Counted from the first letter of the stretch, positions 40,201-54,129 are shown. The stretch: 64,000 bases of DNA from Eledone cirrhosa (GCA_964016885.1 OZ024740.1:247132001-247196000); one strand, 5' to 3'. The notes: generated from the sequence alone by a model not told the origin. Translations and numbers: made by a program.

Positions 40201-42568
40201 TGGTTCCATACAATATGAAACTATTAAAACTGTTCAACTGCCACCTAAACGTAGAGATGTGCTCTTCCATGAAATCGATCAAATACGTTATCAAATATAC
40301 CATGAAGGGCAGTGATCAGGCAATGTTTGGGAAGATGAGATAATACAGTATTTAACAGGAAGATATATCGGTCCTTCAGAAGCTGTTGCCTTGGTACTTG
40401 GATTTCCAATTCATGAGAGAGAACCGGCCGTAGTTCGCCTTCAAGTTCATCTACCTGAGGAAAATCAAATCTTCTTTCGGGTCAATGCTGCTGTTAAAGT
40501 AAACAATAACATGGCTAAGACGACTCTTTGCGATCGCGATCCTTTTGCAAAAACATTGTATTACGCCACTGGCCAAAGTTTTACACTTGGAGTAATAAGA
40601 GATGGGAAAGGAGAAAGGTGGGGAAAATATTTGAGCAGTATCCAGGGATTTTTGGCGAACGTTTTGGGACGAGTATACACTGTTTTTCCACGAAGTGGTG
40701 ACCTGTATTATTTAAGACTCCTACTGCATCACGTCAAAGGGCCAGTATCCTTCAACTATTTGAAAATGAGTGATGGAGAACTCCTGACATTATTCAAAGA
40801 CGTTTGCAGAGAGAAAAGTTTGCTTCAATCGGATGATCATTGGCAGCAGACTCTGGAAGATGCTGAGTGAACAAGGCTTCCCAAAGCCATGAGAGATCTA
40901 TTCATCGTGCTCCTCACAAATACGGAAATTGACAATCCCAGTGCCTTATGAGCTCGATTTAAGCATTCGCTGTCTGAGGATTACCTTCAAATAGAAAAAA
41001 GGGCTACCAGAAACTCTAACATTTTGATTAGCGAGAGACATTATGATCAATGTCTTCTGTATTTTGAAGACAAACTTAACGACCTGGGTAAAAGTGTTAG
41101 TGACTTTAACTTGCCAAGGCCAAATAATTTTGTTGCTAATCAGGATATTAGCAATTTGGAGTTATTGCATGAATTGCAATACAGCAGAGAAGAGCAGCGA
41201 CGATTTGTAGAAGAGACGGCGCCTCTATTGAATAGTGAACAAAAACACGTGTACTACTTCGTTTGTAACAGTTTAGAGTCGAACACATCTGCATTGATTT
41301 TCATTGACGCTCCAGGTGGAACAGGAAAGACATTCCTGATTAACTTAATTCTTTCAAAAGTGGAAACGGCGACGTGGCTATTGCTGTTGCGTCATCTGGC
41401 ATTGCCGCGGCACTTATGCCTGGTGGAAGAACAGCGCATTCTAGGTTCAAAATACCGATAGTAGTGAAAGAAAATAATCTGTGCAACATTGATAAAAACT
41501 CAAAGACGGCAAACCTCTTCCAGCATACAAGAATGATTATATGGAATGAGTGTCCTATGATTCGGAGGGAAAGCTTCGAAGCTGTTGACCTCACTCTGCG
41601 TGACATATGCAACAACAATGAGGCATTCAGTGGAATTTTGACAATTTGCTGTGGCGATTTTCGTCAGCTTCTTCCGGTAGTGAAATGTGGAAATGAAGCG
41701 GACGTGGAAAACGTGCATTAAAACATCCTACTTATGGCGAAGCTTCAAAAGATTTCAGTTGAAGACAAACATGCGATTGGGTGGGGGAGCAGGAGACTAT
41801 TCACAGTTCCAATTGAATATTGGAGAAGATAAGATAAAAAAAACTGAAAATGAGGAAATTATTTTGCCAAAAGAAATGGTTTTCCAAGCAACAACTATGG
41901 AAGAATGTATTGATTTCATCTACCCCTCATTCGACAATACAGCTGAAGTGTTTTCGAACAATTGCATCTTAGTACCTCTCAATGAAAAGATGAGCAGCAT
42001 CAATTCCACCTGTATCAGACGCTTCCCTGGAACCATAAAAGAGTACCGATCCTATAATTTTGTGAGTGATGGTGCCAATGCCACTCATTTCCCGACCGAA
42101 TCCCTTGATTCGGTTGAACTATCAGGACTGCCACCACATAACCTGGAATTGAAAAAAGGATCGCCAATAATTCTTATGAGAAACTTGAATCCGCCAAGGC
42201 TTTGTAATGGAACGGGCATGATCGTGGAAGAACTGCACAACAATCTCATAATAGCAAGAATCAACACTGCTGCTTTCAGAAATGAGATCGTTATGATAGC
42301 TAGAATAAGAATTAATCTATCTGACGGTGAGGATATCCCTTTGCAGTAATTCCCAGTTCAATCGTGCTTTGCTATGACTATTCATAAAGCACAAGGACAA
42401 ACTATGGAAAACGTCTTGGTTTATCTGGAACGACCTGTATTCTAACACGGTCAACTATATGTAGCCCTTAACCGCGGAAAACGAAAAGAAAATGTCAGAG
42501 TGTTTCTGAAGGATACCCAGTCAACTAAGAATGTTGTCATCAAAAGCATTCTTTTGAACAAACTGTAA
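37249..42568 (+). pseudogene. Helitron Rep/helicase (HUH endonuclease + PIF1 helicase)
   Basis: CVCC..CCCMNGKV zinc motif, YNCLFQMTSFG, TCNPNWPEI..DRPDLIARVF, VEYQK*GLPHMH, KYVIKYTMKG, DAPGGTGKT, GGRTAHSRF, GDFRQLLPV, RNLNPPRLCNGT, FAMTIHKAQGQT; multiple stops and frameshifts. Confidence 0.93.
37420..38710 (+). repeat. 69-bp coding tandem repeat, about 19 copies, 23-aa STPR-like unit ESNGRRAARLAEQRERDRSRRDH
   Basis: Exact 69-bp period, in frame with the Helitron N-terminus. Confidence 0.93.
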
Positions 42569-43163
42569 CAGCGTCAATATGAGAAAATGTTGATTCCGAC
42601 GTCAGTAAATAAAACCAGCTTTTCATTAACATTGCAACTTTTTAAGCAGAAATATCTCTCAGAACAAGCAGTCAAGCATCCATAGAGATATAGAAAAAGA
42701 ATTTTGAAGTGGAGTGATTGGATAGCTATTAGTGAAAAATGATTTGATATTTTCTTTGTGAAAATACTTGTGAATAATACAGTGAAAAGACAAGTTTCGC
42801 GCCAATCGGACCACAGGTTCCCGAGATATGCGGGTTTTTTCGGGTACCTTTATAAATAGCCAAATCAGCGCAAAATGGGAAAATTCTTTGAAAGTAAGGT
42901 ACCATTGAAATGTGAATACAAACGCAGATAGTGGTTGTGTGTGTTTGAGAGAGAGAGAGAGAGGGGGGAGGGGCTGGTGGTGTTGTTGAATAAAATTATG
43001 ACAGGTGACTTCAAAGAATCGAATACAGCATTAGTGTATCTAGCTTGAATTTGGTGACTGAATATTAAGTTATATGTATCTTATAACTTGTGTTAGGACA
43101 GGATGTATGTGTGTGTGTCTCTGTAACAAGTGCATATAGGCCACATATACTAAACACACACAA

Positions 43164-43209
<46 letters not shown>

Positions 43210-43349
43210 GTACATATACACACACACATACAGGTATATATATATTGGCTTTCCAATATCATTTTACATTATATACATTTTGTGTATATTTTAATTATTT
43301 AAGAATTATTTTTAAGTGAACATGACCCAACGGGCCATGGGTGGTCTAG

Positions 43350-44110
43350 TATAATACTAAAAGTCTGTGATTGCTTACTTGCTTGTTTGTCTTTAATGTA
43401 ATACAGTCAAACGGGCGCATAATGGGAATATACTTGGAAAGGAAGTTGCTCCTGAAATGGGAATACAAATAGAATAAAACTAGTTTCGCGTAAATCGAAG
43501 CATGCGTTCCCAAGATATGGGGTTTTTCCGAGTAACTTCATAAATAGCGAAAACGGTGCATAGTGGAAAAATACTCCGAAAGTAACATAACCCTACAAAC
43601 TTTCATAAATAGCCAAAACGGTGCATAATGGGAAAATACTCCGAAAGTAAAATAACCCTGAAATGGGAATACAAACGGAATAAAACAAGTTTGGCGTAAA
43701 TCGGACATAGACAATATTTTCATTATTCAAAAAATATTTTTAAGTGAATATGACTGAAAAATACGAGTTGTTTTTACAGTCATTGTTTATATTTTTGCTT
43801 TTGTTAAACAGAATATTTTAATTATTTCGAAATATTTTAAAGTAAATGTAATTTCGAAAATACAAGTTGTTCGTACTGTAAGTATTTATATTTTAGCTTT
43901 CAATATTTAGCAGACAATATTTTGATTTTTTTAAAAATTATTTTCAAGTGAATACGATTAAAAAGATAAGTTTTGTCATATTTAAAAATATTCTTAAGTG
44001 AGAAGGACCTTCCAATTTCATTGTACATTGTAAACATGACTGTGTATATTTTAATTATTTAAAAAGTTATTTTTAAGTGAACGCGACCCAACGGGTCACG
44101 GGTGGTCTAG
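43350..44110 (+). mobile_element. Tandem non-autonomous Helitron unit
   Basis: Repeats the subterminal motifs of the upstream Helitron; ends in CGCGACCCAACGGGTCACG-GGTGGTCTAG(44110); another partial unit follows. Confidence 0.8.
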
Positions 44111-44385
44111 TATATTACTAAAATTCTGCGATTGCTTGCTTGCTTGATTGTCTGTAATGTAATACAGCCAAAAGGGCGCATAATGGGAAAATACTTTGAA
44201 ATGGGAATACAAATAGAATAAAACATGTTTCGCGTAAATTGGAGCACGTGTTCCCGTGATATTGCGTTTTTCCGGGTACTTTCATAAAGAGAGAGAGAAC
44301 GATAGAGAGAAAGAGATAGTGGTTGTGTGAGAGTATATTAAAAGAGAAACATAGAGAGAGGGAGAGGAAATAGAGACGGAGAATT

Positions 44386-44422
<37 letters not shown>

Positions 44423-44505
44423 GCTGGTGGTGTTGTGTATATATATATGTGTGTATATGTACATGCGTGTGTGTGTCTATGACCAGTGTTTATAGATCAC
44501 AGACA

Positions 44506-44565
<60 letters not shown>

Positions 44566-44574
44566 GATACATAC

Positions 44575-44686
<112 letters not shown>

Positions 44687-44879
44687 ATGTATGTATGTAT
44701 GTATGTATGTATGTATGTATGTATACACACACTCATATATATCATTCACACACGTATATATATATGGGCCTTCCAGTTTCATTTCACATTATATACATGT
44801 CTGTGTACGTTTCACTTATTTAAAAATGATTTTTAAGTGAACATGATTTTTTAAAATATTTCGAAGTGAACGTGACCCA

Positions 44880-45790
44880 ATACACTAAACCTAACATCTG
44901 TAATATTAAACATAAAACGGAAGGTAATACTCATAAGGATACACTTATTAGTAACAAAAATAGAAAGAATAGAAGAAGGCTTAATTCATATTTTAATCCA
45001 CCTTTCAATTTAAATGTTTCTACTAATATACCTGGAGTATTCTTCTCTATTATTTTAAAGAATTCCTTACTTGATTACAAATAATCTTAATTTAATTAAT
45101 AAAAATACCATTGAAATCTCTTATTCTACCACACCTAACATTGCTAGTCACATAGCGAGTAGTAATAACAAGAAAATTAGTAAATATTTTTCTTCTTATA
45201 ACTTGAATAACAAATCACAACCAGTTGATATGCTTAACAATTCTGTACCAAATAAGTTTAGTAACCACTCTCAAAACACATACATATCTAGGACTTATGA
45301 GAATAATAATAGCAATTCTAGCACTCATATATCTAACTCTAATAACTCTTCACATCTTTACCCTCAAAATTGTTTAATCAATAGCTATACTTGTAATTGT
45401 AGGCCTAATAATGTATTCCCTCTTAATATAAATTACCTTGTTAAGAATATTATTTATTCCTTCACTGTAACAACTTCCACCAACTCCAAAACCTATATCG
45501 GTTCTACATTGAACGAGGTATAATTCCCATCTTCATACTTTTAAGAACTCTAAATTTAAGCATGAAACCTCTTTATCTAATTTCATATCATTTCTGAAGG
45601 GTAATAATACACCTTACACCCTACCTGGAATGTGATTTCAAAGCCTCTTCTTATGAACCTCCCAATAAATTGTGCCACCTTTGCTTTCTTGAGTATTATT
45701 TATTCCAAATTAAATTTATTAAATAGGAAATCTAAACTTTTTCCACTTGTTCTCATATTAATCACCATTCTTTTTAATATTTTAAACCTA
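44880..45790 (+). mobile_element. Penelope-like (Naiad-type) 3' fragment with GIY-YIG
   Basis: YFNPPFNLNVSTNI, ISYSTTPNIASHI, CNCRPNN, IIYSFTV...YIGST. Confidence 0.82.
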
Positions 45791-46527
45791 GTAAGTAACA
45801 TATACCAATGTAGATTCATACCTTATTCTTTTAGTAACATTATATTTTTTTTAGTAACATTAGTATCATTGCATTCTTCTTACATCCCCCTTCTGATTCA
45901 TTCGATTATGATTAGAATTTATTATAAACACCCCTTCACATTTAGGCACATTATTATTATTTTATTATATTATTTTTAATAAGCTCCACTTGCATTTGTA
46001 TTTATTTTTGCTAATATTATACTATAAATTAACCATTACCTCCCTCTATATTTTTAGTAGTATATTTTCAATACTTATATAATTTATTAAATAATTAATT
46101 AACTAGTATAATTCTTTATTCTTTATCCTTTAATATTATTTAACATATTATGTGTAAAATTGTTTTAATAATACATAGAATTTTGGTGTACATTGATAAT
46201 TGTTTTATTTGTATTTTGTAAATATATTATTTTTAAAATAATTCTTTAGTTCTATAATCATTAGCCATAAATAGATTTGTTAAGTCGTTACATCTTGACA
46301 TACTAAATATTTCTCTTATAGAATGTCTTATATGAATTACCTCCCTTTTATCTTTTTAATTTGTATCAACCGTAATTTCAGGATACATTTTCAAACGCTA
46401 TGCTAAGATGGAGTTATTTATGCTTAAGTATATATGACTTTCTCCCCTCTATTCGGACATGTGGTGCTTTTTCCGATGATAACACTTAATCTATTTTGGA
46501 TTTTTACTTTGCTGCTTATATTTACTC

Positions 46528-46716
46528 AACGGCGATTTGGCAGTATCGGTAGAGGGTTGGACGCAATGCTTTCTAGCATAGTTACGTCCTATTACGGTCT
46601 GAGTTCAAATCCCGTCGAGATTAACTTTGCCTTTCATCTTAACGGGGTCGATAAAATAAAGTACCAGTAATGTACTGAGTAATTGCTGGCCTTGTACCAA
46701 AAGTAGAAACAATTAT
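46528..46716 (+). mobile_element. tRNA-derived SINE
   Basis: Full head, core and tail. Confidence 0.88.
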
Positions 46717-46813
46717 TTCCTTTGAATGGTTTGATTAATAATAATAACACTTCAATCTATATTTGATCTTTATTTTGCAGAGTATACTTATTCAACATTA
46801 TTACCTTTGAATA

Positions 46814-46940
46814 AGGTGGATTGACAGTATCGGTAGAGGGTCGGACGCCATGCTTTATGATCTTCCTTTCATCCTTACAGGGTCGATAAAATAAAGTACC
46901 AGTAATGCACTGGGTAATTTGTGCCAAAAGCAGAAACAAT
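46814..46940 (+). mobile_element. Internally deleted SINE with 17-bp TSD
   Basis: ATTATTACCTTTGAATA at 46797-46813 and 46939-46955. Confidence 0.85.
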
Positions 46941-47394
46941 TATTACCTTTGAATAGTTTGAAATATAATAGTTTATTTTTATGACTAAATTAAGCAGTCG
47001 AACTTTTTATATCCATGATTAAAAACATATCTTTTGGAGATGTATTTTTATATTTTCAAATTTGTATTTGAACTGCACACCTGCTCTTATTAACTTTATA
47101 AACTTTTGAAATGCTTATGATATATGTTTAGTTACTGATTATGATATATGTCCTGCACTATACTTAACCTTTCTATAGCAGCATGCTTCCCTATAACAGC
47201 ATGTTTTTTCTCTCTCTGTCGTTTTCTCATTCCGTGTGCCTCTATTGCATACGCATATATTCGCATATATTCGCATATATTCGCATATATTCGCTCTCAC
47301 ACTCCGTAACTCTTCCTCTCTTTTAGTCTTTATGTCTGTTTCTTTCACTATCTCTCTCCCTTTCTATTACGTTGAAGAAAGAGTTCGTGCGCCG

Positions 47395-47570
47395 TGTTAA
47401 AATAATGGTCGCGCCATCAACGCTGAACTTTACTGCGAGCAACTTGATCGAGTCTACGATGCGCTGGTTGAAAAGTGCCCAAGTCTTGTTCGTCGAAAAC
47501 GCGCTTTGTTTCAACAAGACAATGCAAAGCCGCATACCACCAGAAAGACCAGCAACAAGATTGAAGGTGT
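47395..47570 (+). mobile_element. mariner transposase fragment
   Basis: AINAELYCEQLDRVYDALVEKCPSLVRRKRALFQQDNAKPHT matches the mariner second-Asp motif (HDNARPH type). Confidence 0.85.
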
Positions 47571-48049
47571 TTCCAGACGTGTGGACAACGTGAAAAAAGT
47601 TTATTCATCGAATTTAGACAAGCGCTATTAAGTAAACTTCTCAGGATATTGATCTTCCTTCAATGCACAGCCTACAAGGCGGATTCCCATTGGCGTATAG
47701 CTTAGATTTAGTAATAACTTTCCATTGGATGGAGTAATCTATGCCTGCTTCCTTGAGGACCATACGTGGCTCGCAAGCTTCGTGGACGATGATTTGTCCG
47801 GGTATCTGAAGGTCAACTGATGATTCTGGAAGCGTCTCTTAAACCGGCCTCCGCCATATCTACATAGGATTTAACCTCTTGTTGTTGATTTGGTCGGTTA
47901 GAAGTGACCTCAGTTTCGTAAATTACAGCGGGTGTGTTACATTGTTGTTGAAGGGGACAAGCTTCAGGCTTTCAGCGAGAGCATCCTGGTGGGGTGTTGG
48001 TCTTAGGGCTGTTGGTGATGTGGGCCTTTATATTCTTAGCATAAGAGTA

Positions 48050-48225
48050 TCCTAGTTTTACCCTGTGTCTGTTAAAGATGGAGCTGTATTTGTGACCTAT
48101 GGGGAATTGTCTATCTAAGGGAGCTAAACATTTTTTCCTACATTAGATTTAACGTTGCGTGAGAAGAAGTAGGTGGACCAAATTGTTTTTCTATTAACAC
48201 GATTTCTTTTCCTATTGTTGTTGGC
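48050..48225 (-). mobile_element. Penelope-like fragment
   Basis: RKRNRVNRKTIW...SRNVKSNVGK matches the WFNPPF..NV.TNIGK block. Confidence 0.55.
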
Positions 48226-48977
48226 GTTAGCAGGGGAGTAAGCAATTGGTTGCGAGAGACCGCTGTTAGCTAACGCCGCGTTACACACACACACACATAT
48301 ATTATATATATAGTGAAAATTGGAACGGGAACGAAAACATAGAGGCAGTACAAACAAAGGTTTATTAGTTTCACGCTCTTGAGAGTGGGGGGGGGGCGGA
48401 TATATATATATAGCATTAGAAGGTAAGGCGACACAAACGAGAGATGAACAGTTTCCTTTCGTCAGTTGTCTACTACTGGTCACGGATATTTCAATGTATT
48501 ATAGACAATACATCTATCCGTAGCGCGCCCATAGCCTTTTATCTATCAAAGAGCCATGAGGGAAAGAAGCGATAGCGAAGAAAAAAAAGAGAGAAGAAAA
48601 AAAGGAAATAAACATCCGATAGAAGGGGGAAACACAGGACAATGGCACATGTAAGTGAGTACCCGAGAAGAAATAAGACCAAGTTTTAAAAAAGCCGTTG
48701 GGTTTAAGCTCAGGGGCCACATTAACAGCAGAGCTAGGAAAAGCACGTCTATTCTCAGTGAAAGCGAGAGAGAGAAAAACGAAAGAACCGGAAGCGGTAG
48801 GGGGTAGAAGGCAGAGGGGTGAGTAAGAGGGATGGAGAGAGAGAGAGAGGGGGAGAGAGGCGGAGGAGGAGGAGGGAAAGGGAGTTAATCCAAAAGTGGG
48901 CACGACGCACGTGCAACCAGGATCAACAAACAAACGAGATCGATAGAGAGAAAAGGATAGTGAGAGAGAGATAGAGA

Positions 48978-49036
<59 letters not shown>

Positions 49037-49349
49037 GTGGAGAGAGAGAGAAAGAGAGAGAGAGATGGAGAGAAAGGGAAGGAGTTGATCCAAAAGAGTG
49101 GCAAGATATAAGTCCGACCAGGATCAACAAATCAAGCGAGATAGGAAGGAGCAGAGATCACAGCAGTAAATACAAAATTATGGATTGAGGGAGACGAGGC
49201 TGTGATAGACGTATTGTCTATAATGCGCTGAAACATACGTGACCCGTAATAGACAACTGACGAAGGGAAACTGTCCATCTCTTGTTTGTATCGCCTTACC
49301 TTCTGACACTCGTTATCAGTAATCACACAACCTTGTCTCTCTCAATCCA

Positions 49350-49443
<94 letters not shown>

Positions 49444-49454
49444 GGATTGATGCT

Positions 49455-49831
49455 CTGAAATCGCGATGTATACATGAATATATGTATAGTATATTTGGCA
49501 ATATACTGTATGCTTAATTAAAAACATTTTGAAGACCTTGCGGTATTATTTTAAAGTAGTGACTATGTCACTTACTTCTTTTTTCAACAAACAAAGGGAG
49601 ATAAGCTTACAGATCTGTTTCGTACTGTTGGTGATCATCAGAGCTTAGCACCCGCCGATGTTTGTTGAAAATTATAGATGCTGGATTCTTATAGAATTCC
49701 AGTAATAATCAGGAACTGATTACACAGAGCGATTGCCGGTCCAGCTCTGAAATAGCGATGTATACATGAATATATGTATAGTATATTTGGCAATATACTG
49801 TATGCTTAATTAAAAACATTTTGAAGACCTT
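49455..49831 (-). mobile_element. About 290-bp hammerhead element with terminal direct repeats, copy B
   Basis: About 84-bp direct repeat at about 49456-49539 and 49748-49831; hammerhead at 49602-49647. Confidence 0.82.
49602..49647 (-). ncRNA. Type I hammerhead ribozyme
   Basis: Minus strand TAAGCT-CTGATGA-TCACCAACAGTAC-GAAA-CAGATCTG-TA-AGCTTA: 6-bp stem I, palindromic stem III, GUA site; stem II is weak. Confidence 0.82.
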
Positions 49832-50499
49832 ACTTATGTGATTAATTTATGTATAACAAACTTTGAAACTTGCCTTGATGCATGAACTATTGTTTTTTTC
49901 ATTTTTGCATTTACTTTGTTTGATCGTGTTACCTTTTCAGATATTTTCTTCTCATTTTTATCGACTGCTTCGCAGTCTAAGCAGAGGGTGATGTAGCGGG
50001 TGAATACATTGTTGCCTCCTCATAAAACCTAGTTCGGTAGAGAGGACATTAGACAGCAAGAGGAGAAGACGTACTACGGAGTAGCTCCTACATATTCCTC
50101 ATATTTTCCTGTGAAGAGGCACTAAATATTTATCAACGAGATGTATTCAACATTTACTGCATTGTTCTATTACGGTATGTTATCAACCGTTAAATATTCA
50201 ATATTTCCTGGTTTGTTCTAGGAAGTATTTGCCTAGCTTCAACCTAATGGCCAGTAATTGCTTTCATTTCTTATATCCTCCTGTGTGTATATAAATTCGG
50301 TCTTCTAACAATAAATATGTTTACATCGAATTAAGTGTTAACAAAGATAATTATTTATATATTGATGTCAGAAGCCTGTCGCTGCAAGTAAAAGAAGGAC
50401 TGACCAAGGTATTTCCTTAACGCCTCCTCTAGAGGGAATTAAATTATACAATTGTTTATGATAAACAAGGTCTATAAATGTTTCAGACTGTAATTATTA

Positions 50500-50691
50500 T
50501 GGATTGGCAGTATCGGTAGAGGGTCCGACGCCAAGCTTTGAAACATAGAGTTGCCGCCCTTTATGATCTGAGTTCGAATCCCGCCGAGGTTAACTTTGCC
50601 TTTCATCCTTACGGAGTCAATAAAATAAAGTACCAGTAATACACTGGGATAATTACTGGCCTTGTGCCAAAAGTAGAAACAATTATTATTA
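50500..50691 (+). mobile_element. tRNA-derived SINE
   Basis: Full head, core and tail with (ATT)n. Confidence 0.88.
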
Positions 50692-51119
50692 GGCATTTTA
50701 CTCTCTTTTCGTTATAGGTGTTTGGTCATGTCAGCTCATTGTGAGCGACACAAATCATTTGTTGTATATAATAGTTTCCGATGATTATCAAATTTATGGC
50801 CACGTTAAATAAAGGGATGATGTTACTTTGATGAGACTTCGTTCAATGTCTATTTTCGGCGTAATGCCTGGGAGATAGGGAAAAGAAAATAGGAAATTGA
50901 AAATTGAAATTTCGATTCTGGGACTACCTGCAAAAAAGCTGTTATATCGGTATGAGGCAGTCCTCTAATTCGGAGACTACCTCATACCAATATAACATAA
51001 AGACACATTTCTCAATTTTTGAATCTAATATTTAATATTGGAAAACGGTAATTTTTTTTATATATTTATTAAAACACTTTTTTGTATGTATGCGTGTATG
51101 TATGTATGTATGTATGTAT

Positions 51120-51620
51120 GTGACTTTGGACATCCTGCAGGACTAAAAACAAAACCTGTCAAAGGGCAAAGGAGCTCTTAAGAGTCAATGGCCATCCAAA
51201 ATCACTGGGAGAGATGACCCCTTAGCCTTTGTCAAGGCAGAATTCTAGGAGAAGGAAAACTCTGATATAACACCTGCAACCCTGATGGTATCCAATGATG
51301 TTGACTTGTTCTTCTTTTTGGTAAATATCATCTTGGTTAAGCGAGTGGGACTGGCTTTGTGCAGTGCCTTTGCTCACTATAAAAGCTTCACGGCACAGGC
51401 ATTGCTTTATATCTGGAGATCTCTCTGCACTTGTCGTCACATGGTACCATGGGCCCAGCACTATGTGTCAATGATTGTCACAAGTGTAGTGTTTGCACCA
51501 GAGTTTTCAAGTCGCTGGCTGGACTAAAAAGTCACACTCGTTCAGCGCATCGGTAGGGGTTCTCCTACATGGATATAAAGTAGTGGCCGTACTCGAAGAC
51601 GAGTTGGCAGCCACCATGTA
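51120..51620 (+). mobile_element. About 500-bp non-autonomous retroelement, probably RTE-derived (copy 1)
   Basis: CTAGGAGAAGGAAAACTCTGA (RTE 5'UTR-like) joined to a terminal C2H2 finger CSVCTRVFKSLAGLKSHTRSAH and a (TATG)n tail; three copies in the window. Confidence 0.7.
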
Positions 51621-51688
51621 TATATATATGTATGTATATGTGTATGTATGTATATATATATGTATGTATGTATATGTATGTATATGTA

Positions 51689-52105
51689 TCACCGGGAGAG
51701 ATGACCCCTTAGCCTTTGTCAAGGCAGAATTCTAGGAGAAGGAAAACTCTGATATAACACCTGCAACCCTGATGGTATCCAATGATGTTGACTTGTTCTT
51801 CTTTTTGGTAAATATCATCTTGGTTAAGAGAGTGGGACTGGCTTTGTGCAGTGCCTTTGCTCACTATAAAAGCTTCACGGCACAGGCATTGCTTTATATC
51901 TGGAGATCTCTCTGCACTTGTCGTCACATGGTACCATGGGCCCAGCACTGTGTGTCAATCATTGTCACAGGTGTAGTGTTTGTACTAGAGTTTTCAAGTC
52001 GCTGGCTGGACTGAAAAGTCACACTCGTTCAGCGCATCGGTAGGGGTTCTCCTACATGGATATAAAGTAGTGGCCGTACTCGAAAACGAGTTGGCAGCCA
52101 CCATG
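51689..52105 (+). mobile_element. Same element, 5'-truncated copy 2, in tandem
   Basis: Near-identical to 51201-51620; inserted in the TATG tail of copy 1. Confidence 0.75.
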
Positions 52106-52220
52106 TATGTATGTATGTATGTATGTATGTATGTATGTATGTATGTATGTATGTATGTATGTATGTATGCATATATGTATATGTATGTATGTATATATAT
52201 ATGTATTATGTATGTTTGTG

Positions 52221-52252
<32 letters not shown>

Positions 52253-52324
52253 TAATGACAACAATCTTCAATGTCATAGACAATGTGTCTTTTACTTAAT
52301 GGTAGTAGTAGCAGCAGCAGTAGT

Positions 52325-52386
<62 letters not shown>

Positions 52387-52387
52387 C

Positions 52388-52431
<44 letters not shown>

Positions 52432-52891
52432 CTGTTGTTTTTGTTATACTACTTTCTGCCAATTTAGTTCATTTTTTCCAGAATTCATTATGTCAACGAT
52501 GAGCCATAGAAAATAACTAATCGGATAAGAAAGACGCTATTGCAATTTGTGTAATTAACATAATTACCCTAATTAGCATTATTGGTGTCATTAGCATAAC
52601 TTCATCTGAATTTTAGTCACTATAATATATTGTTTAACGAGTAGAGGATGACTCAGAAATGGAATACAATAAAAACAAATGACGTTTATTGGTCAATTAT
52701 AATCTCGTGACAAATTACACGATATCAATTATGAGTCCTATTTTGCTCCAATCTACTCCCAAATGTTATTTTCGTTCTTTCATAGAAATCCCCTAGTTAT
52801 GGTGTAAGCAGGATCAATGTATATGCATATATATATATTATAGGTAAATGATGAGTTTGTTAGTCTGCCTGGACTCTCATCAGACAAAAAG

Positions 52892-52940
<49 letters not shown>

Positions 52941-52941
<1 letters not shown>

Positions 52942-53075
52942 GCGACGAACTGGCAGTGCCGGTTACACCGTTGGATATAATGCTTTGCGGTATTCGTTTC
53001 GGCTCTCTAAATTCAAATCTCACCGTTTTCAACATTGCCTTTTATAAATTCGAGGTCGATAAAAAAAAGTAGCAA
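52941..53075 (+). mobile_element. Diverged tRNA-derived SINE
   Basis: GGCGACGAACTGGCAG head; GCCTTTTATAAATTCGAGGTCGATAAAA core. Confidence 0.65.
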
Positions 53076-53238
53076 TCGATTCTTCCCCTATATATCTTTC
53101 TCACTTGTATTCTTCATTGTAAGAAATCTTCTGTATTCAAACCTGGAGAGGAGATGAGCTCCGTCACGTATAAAAATGCCCTGGAAACAACACCGTATAT
53201 TATTATGGCGCCTCTAAGAATCCCTGGGCGTTACGGGA

Positions 53239-53327
<89 letters not shown>

Positions 53328-53469
53328 GGTTTGTTGGTTCACCACTGGATAGAATTGGTCATTCCGTATGGTCAATCTTGATGTAATATTATGGAGAGTA
53401 CTCAATGTAATGCAGTTCACCCGTCTTCGTTTGTGTAGTTGGTGGTGCTAATACGGAGTTAATTATTAT

Positions 53470-53633
53470 AAATAAAATACCAGGAGGCTGGACTGGTGTA
53501 AATCCTTGAAAAGTTTATTATACTATGATCATTTCAATCACCGGATTCATACGGAACCCGGTCATTGAAATGATCATAGTATAATAAACTTTTCAAGGAT
53601 TTACACCAGTCCAGCCTCCTGTTATTTTATTTT
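53470..53633. repeat. Long palindrome made from the 3' half of a hammerhead element
   Basis: About 68-bp near-perfect arms around CACCGGATTCATACGGAACCCGGTC; right arm matches 62183-62263. Confidence 0.88.
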
Positions 53634-54129
53634 TATATATATATATATACAGACAGAAGGCAGACAGACAGACAGACCGATAATTTTTTTTAAAAGCGGA
53701 TAGAATGAGGTAGGAAAATACGGTATTTCAGGCTATTTGGTATTTCAGGGTATTTCAGGGCTATTACTCTCTTTCCAGATGTGAAGCTGAAACAGACCAA
53801 GACAACGAAACGAGCGATCAAAGCTTTCTTCCCGGTTATTTTTATTGTTATCATTTTTTCGAATTACACCACGCTGGTTATTAGGCTTCTCCCTTAACCC
53901 ATCACATCGTGTTGTCTCTCTCTCATTCATTCATTCCGGTGGTACGAAGCCAGACACAGATTTCTGATTTCTGAAAGGCTACATGGATTCCTAAATACTT
54001 TCAGCCTGTCTCCAGTTCATCCGTAGATATTATTTCTCCCCTCTTGCCTTCCTTCCCCCTCAATTTCAAAATGGCCTGTTCACATCGGTTATTTTTATTG
54101 TTGTTATTCCTAAATCTCCTGATATACGT

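Noticed and set aside
46470-46500. CCGATGA here and at about 50778 as further hammerheads
   Set aside because: No correctly placed GAAA, stem III or stem I.
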